DNA of 64,000 nt. Source: Thermodesulfobacteriota bacterium. GTDB taxonomy: Bacteria > Desulfobacterota > Desulfobulbia > Desulfobulbales > JAGXFP01. Positions 1 through 10,535 of this stretch are shown in pieces. Numbering within the stretch: the stretch's first letter is position 1; every line of letters starts with the position of its first letter. Both the position numbers and the translations under genes were made by a program. Location: positions 42,178 to 106,177 of the forward strand of contig JBDLJC010000003.1 in NCBI GenBank assembly GCA_039714535.1, in the 5' to 3' direction. The notes under the pieces are model-generated. The model had not been told where the DNA came from and did no database searches. It saw nothing but the letters and a program-made list of their open reading frames with translations.

Positions 1-105
1 CAAACCATTTCATCTATCCGCTGTTCTCCCGCTGTTTATTTCCAGGTAGCCGCGCCTACGGGCCAAAACAACCAAATGGCGCCCGACACCAAAATTGCAA
101 ACTCT

Positions 106-555
106 TCAAGAGATGGCAACGATATACCCGGTAATATCCGTACCACCGATCTTCTCTACCGTGAAGATCGGTAAATCAAGGCGAGCGGGACCAGCCAGCC
201 TTTTACCATCTTTGCCAAACTGGCTCTTATGACACGGACAGATGAGTACCCCCTCAAGTTCATGATAATTCAACTTACATCCCAGGTGGGTACAGGTCCG
301 GGAAACGGCAATCGGCTCATTAGCAATATCAAACAGGATAAAATCCGCTTCAATTATAAAACCGCCTTCCTTAAGAACCTTGTTGACCTCGAAAAATTTG
401 GGTTTTGCAGGAGGGGTAAAGCCAAGAAACCGGGCTAAAGGTAGCAGTAAGGCGAAGAAGGCCAAAAACTTAACAACTAGTTCTGCATTGGCCAGGAAAA
501 CACGGCGGCCAGGACGAACCAAATCCTTCTCAGCTTTTTGGGTGACAGTTTTCAT
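106..555 (-). CDS. Rieske [2Fe-2S] domain protein with N-terminal membrane/Tat-like segment
   Basis: 149-aa ORF containing both Rieske cluster-binding boxes, CTHLGC and CPCH, close together. The N-terminus has an RRVFL motif followed by a hydrophobic helix. Confidence 0.75.
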   Translation of the reverse strand: MKTVTQKAEKDLVRPGRRVFLANAELVVKFLAFFALLLPLARFLGFTPPAKPKFFEVNKVLKEGGFIIEADFILFDIANEPIAVSRTCTHLGCKLNYHELEGVLICPCHKSQFGKDGKRLAGPARLDLPIFTVEKIGGTDITGYIVAIS

Positions 556-627
556 AGGCGCGTTTGCGGCAACAAGAAGTCACAGCCCTTACTAGGTGGT
601 CATGTAAAAGAATACCGGGAATACAAA

Positions 628-1164
628 TCAGATTTGCAGGTATTTCTCTCGCAGTTTTTCGCAGACGTGATCAGGAACCAGGCCACTAACATCACCGCCA
701 TGTCTTGCAGCATCCTTGATAATACTTGAGCTGATGAAGATCCACCGAAAACCGGTCATCAGAAACACCGTTTCAACTTCTCGTTCAATCCGCCTGTTCA
801 TCAAGGCGAGCTGGAACTCATAATCAAAATCGGAAACCGCCCGCAAGCCCCTGATAATAGCCTTAGCGCCTTTGGTATAGGCAAAATCAACCAGCAAACC
901 TTCAACTGTGTCAACTTCTATCCTATCTTCACTGCCGGGAAAACTATCTCTGATCATCTTCAATCGCTCGTCAATACTGAAGAGAGGTTCCTTGGAACTA
1001 TTTGCCGCGATGGCAACAATAACCTTATCAAAGAGATGCAAACCGCGTTCGATTATGTCAAGATGACCCATGGTTATGGGATCAAAAGTACCTGGATAAA
1101 CAGCTATCGATTTATCTGTTTTTTCGGCAACAAATGGCTCGTAATCACTCATGCTGTTTCTCAT
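628..1164 (-). CDS. coaD: Phosphopantetheine adenylyltransferase
   Basis: The GTFDPITMGHLDII nucleotidyltransferase motif and overall length are typical of CoaD. The start may instead be the internal MSDYE Met at 1152. Confidence 0.9.
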   Translation of the reverse strand: MRNSMSDYEPFVAEKTDKSIAVYPGTFDPITMGHLDIIERGLHLFDKVIVAIAANSSKEPLFSIDERLKMIRDSFPGSEDRIEVDTVEGLLVDFAYTKGAKAIIRGLRAVSDFDYEFQLALMNRRIEREVETVFLMTGFRWIFISSSIIKDAARHGGDVSGLVPDHVCEKLREKYLQI

Positions 1165-1735
1165 CTACATTGTTTCGATAAAAACATATCGCGGTATCGC
1201 CATACACCCGCCGATCACTCATCTGCAAACCATTGATCTCATCAGGCAATTCAATATCAGAGGCTTCCTCCGCAACCAGCAGACCATCTTTACTCAATAA
1301 ATCAAATTTACCAAGATACCTAAGGATTTTCACGGAAATCCCCCGCCGATAAGGCGGATCAACGAAGATAAGATCGAAACCAGCAACTGGCATTATCTTC
1401 CGCAAAAAAGAAGGGCCTTTCAACAGGTCACGTCTAAGAACGGTCGCCCGGTTTGAAAAGCCGCATATATCGAGGTTTTTTTTGACCAACCGGATTGCAT
1501 CCGAGCTGGTATCGACAAAAACCGCCCTGCTGCCGCCACGGCTTAGCGCTTCAAGGCCCAACGCCCCGGTGCCGGCAAAAAGGTCGAGGGTGACAGCATC
1601 TGCGACGCTATCAGCCAGAATATTATAAACAGCCTCACGGACACGATCCGAAGTCGGTCGTATGGCCGAGGTTCCGATGCTACGACCGGGTGTGAAAAGC
1701 CGCCGACCTCTAACTGTTCCTGAAATTATTCGCAA
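1145..1735 (-). CDS. rsmD: 16S rRNA (guanine966-N2)-methyltransferase
   Basis: Contains LDLFAGTGALGLEALSRG (SAM-binding) and FVDPPY motifs. The rsmD-coaD pair is conserved and the two genes overlap here. Confidence 0.85.
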   Translation of the reverse strand: MRIISGTVRGRRLFTPGRSIGTSAIRPTSDRVREAVYNILADSVADAVTLDLFAGTGALGLEALSRGGSRAVFVDTSSDAIRLVKKNLDICGFSNRATVLRRDLLKGPSFLRKIMPVAGFDLIFVDPPYRRGISVKILRYLGKFDLLSKDGLLVAEEASDIELPDEINGLQMSDRRVYGDTAICFYRNNVDEKQHE

Positions 1736-1862
1736 ATCAATCTATTTATAACAATATTAAACTCTGTATCCGACAAATCTACGGAAAAAAGCCACCGCCT
1801 GTGGAGCTTGCCACTACAATTATTTTGGGGCCTGAGATGGTTTCATCCAGCTCAGAACAGGG

Positions 1863-2891
1863 TTAGATATGTGATTTAATGAGTTCTTCTGCAATCTGAA
1901 CCGCGTTGAGAGCAGCCCCTTTAAGGATATTATCGGCAACAACCCACAGGTTGATCCCATTTTCAATTGATTCATCTTCTCTGATCCGACCAACCAGAGT
2001 CTCGAATTTACCCGCACAGTCCACTGCCATCGGGTAAGACAAGTTTGCGGGGTCATCAACCAGCTTGACTCCCGGTGCAGCTGCCATGAGTTTTTTAACC
2101 TCGGCCGCCGTCAGTTTCTTCTCGGTCTCAATATTAATTGATTCAGAATGACCATAGATCACCGGGACGCGCACGGCCGTGGCCGTTATTCCGATCGAGT
2201 CATCACCAAAGATCTTGCGGGTTTCATTAACCATCTTCATCTCTTCTTTGGTATAACCATTATCAAGAAAAGAATCGATATGGGGCAGACAATTGAATGA
2301 TATCTGGTGAGGATAGACATTATTGCTAGAGTCAGTGCCATTAACATAAGCGGCAACCTGTTCCTGGAGTTCGTCTATGGCCTTGGTCCCCGTGCCGGAA
2401 ACAGCCTGGTACGTGGATACCACTATCCTTTTTATTCGGGCCAGGTCATGAATCGGCTTCAAGGCCACCAGCATCTGAATCGTTGAGCAGTTGGGATTGG
2501 CGATGATGCCGCGTTTCTTGTATTGAGCAATGGCCTGAGCATTAACTTCAGGAACCACCAGCGGTACCTCGGGATTCATCCTGAAACCACTGGAGTTATC
2601 AACCACTATTGCTCCCGCCGCCGCAGCGGCAGGACCAAATTCCAGTGAACGCTCAGCCCCGGCTGAAAAAAGCGCAACGTCAATGCTGTCAAACGCGTCC
2701 TTTGTCAGGAGCTGCACCGGAATTTCTTCGCCTTTAAAGGTAAGCTTCTTACCAACCGAACGTTCCGATGCCAGCAATCTCAGTTCTTTGAGAGGGAAGT
2801 TTCTACGGGCAAGAACATCAAGCATCGCCCCACCAACAGCCCCTGTGGCTCCGGCAATAGCAACATTAAATTTACGCTCAGACTGACTCAT
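1863..2891 (-). CDS. asd: Aspartate-semialdehyde dehydrogenase
   Basis: 342 aa with the N-terminal VAIAGATGAVG Rossmann motif and the active-site region IANPNCSTI. Confidence 0.92.
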   Translation of the reverse strand: MSQSERKFNVAIAGATGAVGGAMLDVLARRNFPLKELRLLASERSVGKKLTFKGEEIPVQLLTKDAFDSIDVALFSAGAERSLEFGPAAAAAGAIVVDNSSGFRMNPEVPLVVPEVNAQAIAQYKKRGIIANPNCSTIQMLVALKPIHDLARIKRIVVSTYQAVSGTGTKAIDELQEQVAAYVNGTDSSNNVYPHQISFNCLPHIDSFLDNGYTKEEMKMVNETRKIFGDDSIGITATAVRVPVIYGHSESINIETEKKLTAAEVKKLMAAAPGVKLVDDPANLSYPMAVDCAGKFETLVGRIREDESIENGINLWVVADNILKGAALNAVQIAEELIKSHI

Positions 2892-2995
2892 TTAAAACTC
2901 CTTATTTACAGAGCACCAAAATCGTCTCTTAAGTATCTTTATGCAATTATGTAAACAAATTTAAAAGATCTAACTCTAATTACCAAACGGGCCTT

Positions 2996-4519
2996 TCAAT
3001 TCCCCTTTTCCAGATAAATCAGTCGATTCAAGGCATTCAGGTAAGCCTTTGCCGCAGCAGTAATAATGTCCGGATCTGCTCCCTGGCCGATAACGACCCG
3101 CCCCTTATCTTCAACCCGGACCATAACTTCACCTTGGGCATCGGTACCACCGGTTATGGAATTAACTGAGAAGAACAACAATTTACTCTTGGTCCCGGTA
3201 AGCTCGGCAATTGACCTGAAGGTTGCATCGATAGGACCAATACCGATGGCGGCCTTCTCGACTTCCTGGCCGTCAATTTCCAATCTTACGCCGGCGGTGG
3301 GCATCACCCTGCTGCCACTCATAACTCCGAGAGTTTGCAGTGAATAAGCCTCAGGAATGCGCAAGACTTCATCCATCAGGATAGCTTCGAGATCTTCATC
3401 AAACATCTCCTTCTTAACATCGGCCAGTTCTTTGAACCGGTCAAAAACTCGGTTCAATTCTTCATCGGTGAGGTTGTAGCCCATTGAATCAATACGATCC
3501 TTCAAGGCGTGTCTGCCCGAATGTTTGCCCAGAACCAGATTGCCCTTCGAAAGCCCGATATCGAGCGGGTTCATGATTTCGTAAGTTGTGCGCTCCTTAA
3601 GCATGCCATCCTGATGGATGCCGGATTCATGGGCAAAGGCATTGGCGCCGACAATGGCCTTATTGGGCTGGACTGGCATACCCGTAATAGTGCTAACCAG
3701 ACGACTGGCCGGATAAATATGCTCGGTAATAATATTGGTCTCCACCGTCATCTGATCGGCGCGAGTGCGAATGACCATGGCCAACTCTTCCATGGCCGTA
3801 TTACCAGCCCTTTCCCCCAAACCGTTAAGGGTACACTCAACCTGGCGGGCGCCATTATTGATAGCAGCCAGGGAATTGGCCACCGCCAAACCCAGATCGT
3901 TGTGGCAATGGACACTGAGCACGGCCTTATCAATATTGGGAATATTCTCCATCAAGTAACGGATCTGGGTCCCGTGCTCTTCCGGCAAGGCGTATCCGGT
4001 AGTATCGGGGAAATTAAGGGTAGTAGCGCCAGCCTCAATAACCGCCGCAAAGACCTGACAGACAAAATCAAGGTCACTACGGGAACCATCTTCTGCGGAG
4101 AACTCCACATTGTGAGTGTAGGAAGCAGCATGTTTGACCGATTCGATAGCCCTGGCCAACACCTCTTCCCTGCTCATCTTGAGCTTATACTTCATATGAA
4201 TTTCAGAGGTGGCCAGAAAAACATGGATGCGCGGATTATCTCCGCCTTTCAAGGCCTCCCAGGCAACATCAATATCTTTCTTGTTACACCGGGCCAGGGC
4301 GGCTATCTGGGCGCCCTTGATGTTGTCGGCGATATTCTTGACGCAGTCGAAATCACCGGTCGAAGCGGCGGGGAAACCGGCCTCAATAACATCAACATTC
4401 AATTTGACCAGCTTTTGGGCCAGACGAAACTTCTCCTGCAAGTTCATACTTGCCCCGGGTGACTGCTCACCGTCACGGAGGGTTGTATCAAATATAATTA
4501 TCTTGTCTTTAGCAGACAT
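2996..4519 (-). CDS. leuA: 2-isopropylmalate synthase
   Basis: 507 aa. The sequence IFDTTLRDGEQSPG and the HCHNDLGLAVANSLAA motif match the HMGL-like/LeuA family, and a C-terminal regulatory domain is present. Confidence 0.85.
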   Translation of the reverse strand: MSAKDKIIIFDTTLRDGEQSPGASMNLQEKFRLAQKLVKLNVDVIEAGFPAASTGDFDCVKNIADNIKGAQIAALARCNKKDIDVAWEALKGGDNPRIHVFLATSEIHMKYKLKMSREEVLARAIESVKHAASYTHNVEFSAEDGSRSDLDFVCQVFAAVIEAGATTLNFPDTTGYALPEEHGTQIRYLMENIPNIDKAVLSVHCHNDLGLAVANSLAAINNGARQVECTLNGLGERAGNTAMEELAMVIRTRADQMTVETNIITEHIYPASRLVSTITGMPVQPNKAIVGANAFAHESGIHQDGMLKERTTYEIMNPLDIGLSKGNLVLGKHSGRHALKDRIDSMGYNLTDEELNRVFDRFKELADVKKEMFDEDLEAILMDEVLRIPEAYSLQTLGVMSGSRVMPTAGVRLEIDGQEVEKAAIGIGPIDATFRSIAELTGTKSKLLFFSVNSITGGTDAQGEVMVRVEDKGRVVIGQGADPDIITAAAKAYLNALNRLIYLEKGN

Positions 4520-4571
4520 TTTAAAATCTCCAGATCAACAACTGTATTAACTACGGGGAAACATCCTGGGC

Positions 4572-5366
4572 TTATTGGCGGGAAACTGGCTCCCCCTGTT
4601 TGCCAGCCTCTTCTTCCTTACGACTCTTCATCAATAGTCGATATAGGGCGCCGAAGGGGCCGGAAAGAACATAGAAAAAAGCCATAGCGAATAGAGTTAC
4701 TTCCGGTTGCGCTGCGATAACCATAATCAGCAACACCATCGTCACCAAGACCTGGAACTTTCTGGGTTTAGACGTTTCGGGACTTTTAAAACTTAAATAC
4801 TCAACGGAGCTAACCATCAGATAGGAGAGACCATAAACCAGGGCCAACATGGGCAAGCCCATTGAATCGGCGCTTATTCCGACAAAACCGCAAAAAAGAA
4901 TAGTCGTGGCAACAGTTCCTGCCGCAGCAGGACAGGGTAAACCAGTAAAATCCTTGTTACTACTGGTATCCTGAATATTAAACCGGGCCAATCTCAAGGC
5001 GGTAGTCGCCACATAGAGGAACGCCGCCAACCAGCCATAACGACCGTAGTTAACCAGAGTCCATTGGTAGGCGATCAGGGCCGGCGCCACCCCGAAAGCA
5101 ACCAGATCACAGAGAGAATCGTATTCTTTACCGAAGAGACTGGTAGTACCGGTCATCCGGGCCACCCGCCCATCCAGACCATCAAATACTGCAGAAACAA
5201 GCAAAGCCACAGCCGCATGAATGAACAATCCGTTAATAGCGGAAATCATGGCATAGAAGCCGCTAAACAGGCTTATTGTGGTCAACATGCTGGGGATCAG
5301 ACAAATAGTCCCCTTGGGACCATCGCTCTTGATTGTACTCTTACTTTCTGCCATGGCTAAAGACAC
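4572..5366 (-). CDS. pssA: CDP-diacylglycerol--serine O-phosphatidyltransferase
   Basis: Carries the CDP-alcohol phosphatidyltransferase motif DGLDGRVAR...G...DSLCD in a multi-pass membrane protein. It lies next to psd. Confidence 0.85.
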   Translation of the reverse strand: MSLAMAESKSTIKSDGPKGTICLIPSMLTTISLFSGFYAMISAINGLFIHAAVALLVSAVFDGLDGRVARMTGTTSLFGKEYDSLCDLVAFGVAPALIAYQWTLVNYGRYGWLAAFLYVATTALRLARFNIQDTSSNKDFTGLPCPAAAGTVATTILFCGFVGISADSMGLPMLALVYGLSYLMVSSVEYLSFKSPETSKPRKFQVLVTMVLLIMVIAAQPEVTLFAMAFFYVLSGPFGALYRLLMKSRKEEEAGKQGEPVSRQ

Positions 5367-5533
5367 CTCTAGGAAAACGAAAAAACCCAGTTAAACAAGG
5401 AATTAATTTAAATCATTTATCTGATTTTATCAAATTAATCGAAAACTATTAAGCTGCAGGTATGGAACAAGCGAAAACATCGTCCGGTAACGGTTCAGCA
5501 ACTCCCAGTCGAGTGGTGCAGACAAGCCAGTTC

Positions 5534-5551
5534 TCGAAGTCTTCGCTTAAC
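5534..5551 (-). repeat. Dispersed intergenic motif copy (GTTAAGCGAAGACTTCGA on the minus strand)
   Basis: Lies between psd and pssA. It matches the copy at 25596 in 16 of 18 positions. Confidence 0.5.
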
Positions 5552-5593
5552 GGGAAGTGGGGCTGTAACCGTCACACAAATTGTGGTATTTAT

Positions 5594-6238
5594 TCAGGAG
5601 AGATAACCGAGAATGGTCTCACCAGCACGAACCTTTTGGCCCTTGGCGACTTCTAGCTGGGTTTGGAGCGGCAAGTAAAGATCAACCCGGGAACCGAACC
5701 TAATCAAGCCGAAACGTTCCCCCTTATTCAACTCATCACCGCGAACGGCCCAGCAGACGATGCGTCTGGCAATCAGACCGGCGATCTGGACAAATGCCAT
5801 TTTCTTGCCATCACCGGTCTCAAGCACAACCGCACATGATTCATTACCAAGGGAACTCTTCTCGGTATTCGCAGAATAAAAGGTCCCGGGCGTATAAATT
5901 ACCTTGCGGACCTTGCCAGGAAAGGGCACGCGGTTGACATGGACGTTGAAGACATTCATAAAGATACTGATCTTGTAGACATGCTCTTTAACATATCTTT
6001 CATCGAAAACCTTTTCGATCAGAATCACCTTGCCGTCGGCGGGTGAGATCAAAGCATCTTCATCATCACAACCAATCCTTTCCGGATCACGAAAAAAATA
6101 GAGGACGAAAGCAGTAAGGGTCAAGGCTGCAAAAGATAGCAAAGAATAATGCAAAACAGCTAAAACCAGAGAAAGCAAGGCCGCAAAAGCTATAAAGGGT
6201 ATTCCCTCTTTGGCAACCGGCACTGTTGGCTTTTTCAT
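5594..6238 (-). CDS. psd: Phosphatidylserine decarboxylase (short, archaetidylserine-decarboxylase-like type)
   Basis: 214 aa with an N-terminal TM segment and the C-terminal FGSRVD self-cleavage region. It is syntenic with pssA. Confidence 0.85.
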   Translation of the reverse strand: MKKPTVPVAKEGIPFIAFAALLSLVLAVLHYSLLSFAALTLTAFVLYFFRDPERIGCDDEDALISPADGKVILIEKVFDERYVKEHVYKISIFMNVFNVHVNRVPFPGKVRKVIYTPGTFYSANTEKSSLGNESCAVVLETGDGKKMAFVQIAGLIARRIVCWAVRGDELNKGERFGLIRFGSRVDLYLPLQTQLEVAKGQKVRAGETILGYLS

Positions 6239-6354
6239 TCGACTGAATTTCTCTCAATTTTATTATTATGTATAAATAAAACAAACGTGATTAGCGCCCT
6301 TAAAAAAACAAAGTCGGGACGAAGATCACGTTTAATTTCCCAGGCGAACAGAAA

Positions 6355-6840
6355 CTACAAATTCTTTTTCGCTCTGGCCATGGCGATGACGCCAGTCTTG
6401 ACTATCTCTTGAATACCGATGGGCTTCAGGATGTCGATAACCGCCTGGATCTTCTCTTCATTACCGGTAATCTCTATCGCGTAGCTTTTGGGGCTCACAT
6501 CTACTACTTTGCCGCGAAAGATGTCAATTACCCTTAAGACCTCTGCTCTGGTGCCCGCTTCTGCCTTGACCCTGATCAAAGCCATTTCCCTTTCGACATA
6601 CTCGGTTTCGGCCATATCAGTGACTTTAATTACATCAATCAGCTTATGGAGTTGTTTGGTAATCTGTTCAATTATCTGATCATCTCCGTAAGAGACCAAA
6701 GTCATGCACGAGACATTAGGATCAAGAGTCTTGTTAACGCAGAGACTTTCAATATTATAACCCCGGCCGCTAAAGAGACCTGTTACCCGGGAAAGGACCC
6801 CTGGTTTATTTTGCAGCAAAACTGAAATTGTATGTTTCAT
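6355..6840 (-). CDS. ilvN: Acetolactate synthase small (regulatory) subunit
   Basis: 161 aa with the N-terminal ACT domain sequence (HTISVLLQNKPGVLSRVTGLFSGRGYNIESL). It lies downstream of ilvB. Confidence 0.9.
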   Translation of the reverse strand: MKHTISVLLQNKPGVLSRVTGLFSGRGYNIESLCVNKTLDPNVSCMTLVSYGDDQIIEQITKQLHKLIDVIKVTDMAETEYVEREMALIRVKAEAGTRAEVLRVIDIFRGKVVDVSPKSYAIEITGNEEKIQAVIDILKPIGIQEIVKTGVIAMARAKKNL

Positions 6841-7027
6841 CGATTTACCCTAAAATTTATCTTCATTAAATTTTGTCGGTCTCATAAAAAGCCACGAGAC
6901 GGACGGACAGTGCCACCTAACTTACTGATTTAACGTTGGCCAAGTTGGTCGATTTAGACTTTTACAAAGCCATCAATTTTCGACCCGTGAATAGCCCAGA
7001 TCGAGTCGAAACAATTAAAATATCAAA

Positions 7028-8734
7028 TTAAACCAGCAGCATCTCCGTAGTAGCCTTACCAGCCGGAACCATGGGATAAACCCCCTCTTCCCTGGAGATC
7101 ACGAAGTCCATTATCACGGTGTTATCAGTGGCAAGGGCCTCTTTGATAACCGCTTCTACTTCACTGGTTTTGGTAGCCCTCAGGCCCACGGCGCCGTACG
7201 CCTCTGCCAGTTTGACGAAATCAGGCGCAGTATCCAGGACAGTGTTCGAATAACGTTTATCATAAAAAAGTTCCTGCCATTGGCGAACCATGCCCAGGTA
7301 ATTGTTGTTCAAGATGGCGATCTTGACCGGACAATTATATTGCCGGGCCGTAGCCAGTTCCTGAATGTTCATCTGAATACTGCCATCACCGGCAATATCG
7401 ATTACGGTCCGCTCCGGAGCCGCCATCTGGGCCCCAATTGCAGCGGGGAAACCATAGCCCATAACCCCCAGTCCGCCGGAGGTCATAAAGGTCCGCGGGT
7501 CATTGAAATGATAAAATTGCGCGGCCCACATCTGATTCTGGCCAACTTCGGTGGTGATGATCGCATCACCGCCGGTAAGTTCATGCAGTTTCTCAACAAC
7601 GAATTGCGGCTTGATAGTGTCGCCCTCATCGGTGTAACCAAGAGGATGTTTGCTCTTCCACTCGCGAATTTTATTAAGCCAAGGCTCATGCTTTTTGGCA
7701 GTCTCGTCAGCATTATAATCCTTGGCATTGGCAAACCAGCTATTCATTGCCCCGACAGCATGTTTACAATCGGCGACAATCGGGATATCAACCTTGATGT
7801 TCTTGCTGATTGAAGTCGGGTCAATGTCAATATGAACAATCTTGGCCTTCGGCGCAAAGGCATCGAGCCTGCCGGTAACCCGATCATCAAATCGAGCCCC
7901 GATGGCAATCAACATATCGCATTCACTAACCGCCATATTGGCAAAATAGGTACCATGCATACCCAGCATGCCCATGGACAGATCATCGGTTCCCGGAAAA
8001 CCGCCAAGCCCCATCAGAGTCATGGTGACCGGTGCGGATAACTTCTTGGCCAGCTCGGTAACTTCCTTATTGGCATTTGAGGCAATAACTCCACCGCCGA
8101 TATAGATAACAGGTCGCTTGGCCTTGAGAATCGCCTTGCAGGTTTTCTCGATCTGACCGGGATGAGGCTCATAGGTCGGTCGATAGGTCCTCATCTTAAC
8201 CGGTTTCATCTCGGTAAAATTAACCATGGCGGCCATAACATCTTTAGGCAGATCTATTAAAACCGGGCCCGGCCGACCAGTCCGAGCGATATGAAAAGCT
8301 TCTCTAATAGTAGCAACCAGTTCTTTAGGATCGGTGACCAGATAATTATGTTTGGTACAAGGTCTGGTTATACCGACAATATCAACCTCCTGAAAGGCAT
8401 CATTGCCGATCAGGGCAGTCGGAACCTGGCCGGTAAAAACTACCATGGGGATTGAATCCAGATAAGCCGAGGCGATACCGGTGACGGTGTTAGTGGCGCC
8501 GGGTCCAGAAGTCGCCAGAGCGACACCCACGTCACCGACAACCCTGGCGTAGGCATCAGCGGCATGGACGGCAGCCTGCTCATGCCGAACCAGAACGTGG
8601 GTCAGGTCTTTGTTTTTCATTATCTCATCGAAGATATCGATAACAGCCCCTCCGGGGAACCCGAAGATAACGTCAACGTTCTGTTCCTTCAGGCATTTCA
8701 TTAAAGCCTGAGCGCCTGTAACTTTCATATTCAT
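7028..8734 (-). CDS. ilvB: Acetolactate synthase large subunit (biosynthetic type)
   Basis: 568 aa with the ThDP-enzyme motifs GGAVIDIFD and GDGSIQMNIQELAT. Confidence 0.92.
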   Translation of the reverse strand: MNMKVTGAQALMKCLKEQNVDVIFGFPGGAVIDIFDEIMKNKDLTHVLVRHEQAAVHAADAYARVVGDVGVALATSGPGATNTVTGIASAYLDSIPMVVFTGQVPTALIGNDAFQEVDIVGITRPCTKHNYLVTDPKELVATIREAFHIARTGRPGPVLIDLPKDVMAAMVNFTEMKPVKMRTYRPTYEPHPGQIEKTCKAILKAKRPVIYIGGGVIASNANKEVTELAKKLSAPVTMTLMGLGGFPGTDDLSMGMLGMHGTYFANMAVSECDMLIAIGARFDDRVTGRLDAFAPKAKIVHIDIDPTSISKNIKVDIPIVADCKHAVGAMNSWFANAKDYNADETAKKHEPWLNKIREWKSKHPLGYTDEGDTIKPQFVVEKLHELTGGDAIITTEVGQNQMWAAQFYHFNDPRTFMTSGGLGVMGYGFPAAIGAQMAAPERTVIDIAGDGSIQMNIQELATARQYNCPVKIAILNNNYLGMVRQWQELFYDKRYSNTVLDTAPDFVKLAEAYGAVGLRATKTSEVEAVIKEALATDNTVIMDFVISREEGVYPMVPAGKATTEMLLV

Positions 8735-8995
8735 TTTCCTGTTTTTTTAGGTTTTAAAAATAACTGTTGTTGAACCGTAGAAGGCAAAACAAAAGAGTTT
8801 ATAACATAATCAAGCGAACTCCGTTCTCATGAAAAACAGCAGAAACGGGATGAGTACTTTATCAGATTCTTTTCAAAAAACACGAAAACAATCTGTAAGG
8901 TACTAAATATTTAAGCGAACATTAAAATCTAATTGTTTACCAAAAAAGCGCAACGTGAAAAAGCCTCGCTGCTAAAAAAAATGGCGTGGATTTTT

Positions 8996-9853
8996 TTATT
9001 TATCTACAAAGGAATCAGACAACGATGAATCCGGCAATATCCCGGCCTGGCGGCCACGGTTAAAAAAGACCTCAACGGCACGGCGCCCTTCCCTCCCTAA
9101 ATCGACGGAAAAATCGTTAACGTAAAGACCGATATGCTCGCGACTCACCTGCTCGTCCATCTCCTGGGCATGCAAACTAATGTATTCTCTGGACGCATTC
9201 TGATCTTTAAAAGCACGTTGCACACTTTCCCTGATGCCCTTTTCAAGCAAAGCGATCAGGTTGCTGCCCAAGGAGCGGCGGGCCACAATGCCGCCAAGGG
9301 GAATCGGGCAACCGCTGGTCTCTTCCCACCATTCCCCCAAATCCTGATGGACGACAAAACCTTCCTTCTGATAGGTAAAACGACTCTCGTGAATTATCAC
9401 CCCGGCATCGACCTCACCTCTGGCAAGAGCTGGCATGATCTCGTCAAAATTCATATAGACAAGATTTTTACAACGTGGTTCATAGAGCCTGAGCAGCATT
9501 GCCGCAGTAGTCAGACGGCCGGGGATGGCGATACGCAGATCAGGAATCAGGTCTCTGGCTATTGTCTTATTTGTGATCAACAACGGCCCGCAACCTCGAC
9601 CCAAAGCACTACCAGCTCCCAATAACACATAATCGTCAAGGACATGGCCAAGGGCATGAAATGAAAGCTTGGTCACGTCAAGCCGACTCTGCATCGCCCA
9701 TTCATTCAATGTTTCAACATCAGCCAGAATCGGCGGAGCCAGATCAAGGCCAAGTTCAGTAGCCAGACCATGAACCAGAGCATGAAAGATAAATGTGTCG
9801 TTGGGACAGGGGGAAAAGCCAAGAGTGAGGGGAGTACCAGTATGATCAACCAC
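8996..9853 (-). CDS. mqnD: 1,4-dihydroxy-6-naphthoate synthase (futalosine pathway)
   Basis: LTLGFSPCPNDTFIFHALVHG is the typical MqnD N-terminus. I place the start at an in-frame GTG (9853) that overlaps the mqnB stop. The ORF-track start at 9958 would add about 35 unconserved residues inside mqnB. Confidence 0.78.
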   Translation of the reverse strand: MVDHTGTPLTLGFSPCPNDTFIFHALVHGLATELGLDLAPPILADVETLNEWAMQSRLDVTKLSFHALGHVLDDYVLLGAGSALGRGCGPLLITNKTIARDLIPDLRIAIPGRLTTAAMLLRLYEPRCKNLVYMNFDEIMPALARGEVDAGVIIHESRFTYQKEGFVVHQDLGEWWEETSGCPIPLGGIVARRSLGSNLIALLEKGIRESVQRAFKDQNASREYISLHAQEMDEQVSREHIGLYVNDFSVDLGREGRRAVEVFFNRGRQAGILPDSSLSDSFVDK

Positions 9854-10499
9854 CAGCAAGTCCCTCCAAAACTGCTTGCACAGCGCGAGTGCATCCCGTA
9901 ACAGCCTCTTTGACCTGCCACTGTTGGTCGCTACGATCAACCACCATATTGCTGACACATCGAAGCTCTAGACAAGGTAGTGAAAACTGGCTGCAAACTC
10001 TGGCCACGGCTGCGCCTTCCATGTTCTCACAAATTGCCTGATATTTTTCCTGCAGATATCTGCTTCGGGAAATAGTGCCACTGGCTGCAGATACCGAAAC
10101 AAAATTACCGCGATAACATTCAAAGCCGGCATCAGACAAGCATTTGGCGGCATCGCTTAACAGTTGCTGGTTCAAATCAAATTTGAGGGGTGGGGAAAAA
10201 GAGTGATCCAGTTCATCGATCCGTCCAGCCATGCAGATGCCAATATCGCCAAAAGCCTCTTTTTCAGCAAGACAGATTGCAAGGGGGGGGATACCGGCAT
10301 CAGGATAAGCACCGGCCAGCCCGACATTGATCACTGCCGAAATATGCTTAAGTTCAACACGGACGAGATATTCGGTCAAATTTATAGCCGCTTCGACCGG
10401 CCCTACTCCCGACAATAAAAAATCAACCCCAGCCGAATCAGGAAAGAGATCCGTGATCGGCTCCAGTTCCATCCGGGTTGAGGCAACAACTAGATACAT
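9846..10499 (-). CDS. mqnB: Futalosine hydrolase (nucleoside phosphorylase family)
   Basis: 217 aa with a PNP/MTAN-like fold signature (LLSGVGPVEAA, ENMEGAAVA). It overlaps mqnD. Confidence 0.7.
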   Translation of the reverse strand: MYLVVASTRMELEPITDLFPDSAGVDFLLSGVGPVEAAINLTEYLVRVELKHISAVINVGLAGAYPDAGIPPLAICLAEKEAFGDIGICMAGRIDELDHSFSPPLKFDLNQQLLSDAAKCLSDAGFECYRGNFVSVSAASGTISRSRYLQEKYQAICENMEGAAVARVCSQFSLPCLELRCVSNMVVDRSDQQWQVKEAVTGCTRAVQAVLEGLAGG

Positions 10500-10535
10500 C
10501 GACCGATCACCAAAGTGGACTGAATAGATAAATGC

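Noticed and set aside
1-105. Possible start of another minus-strand gene (ATG at 13, MKWF...) downstream of the Rieske gene
   Set aside because: Only four codons lie inside the window, so it cannot be supported.
3509-4462. 317-aa plus-strand ORF
   Set aside because: It lies entirely antisense to the well-supported leuA gene. The translation is low-complexity with no motifs, which is typical of a shadow ORF in GC-balanced coding DNA. The same reasoning applies to 7280-7813 (antisense to ilvB), 24110-25009 (antisense to the 1,156-aa gene), 30446-31174 and 37733-38293 (antisense to the giant gene), and 52402-53127 (antisense to hslU).
6841-7027. Unusually long (187-nt) spacer between ilvB and ilvN, with a similar 227-nt spacer between psd and pssA
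   Set aside because: No ORF, convincing terminator or known motif is present in the ilv spacer. The psd-pssA spacer is explained in part by a copy of the dispersed motif. Both are noted but not enough for a separate claim.
10283-10290. 8-nt G/C homopolymers in mqnB and in the 1,773-aa gene (19061-19068) considered as phase-variation sites
   Set aside because: One of them sits in a housekeeping gene, which suggests that such tracts are simply tolerated (Pro-Pro/Gly-Gly codons). They serve only as controls for the G9 tract at 28911-28919.
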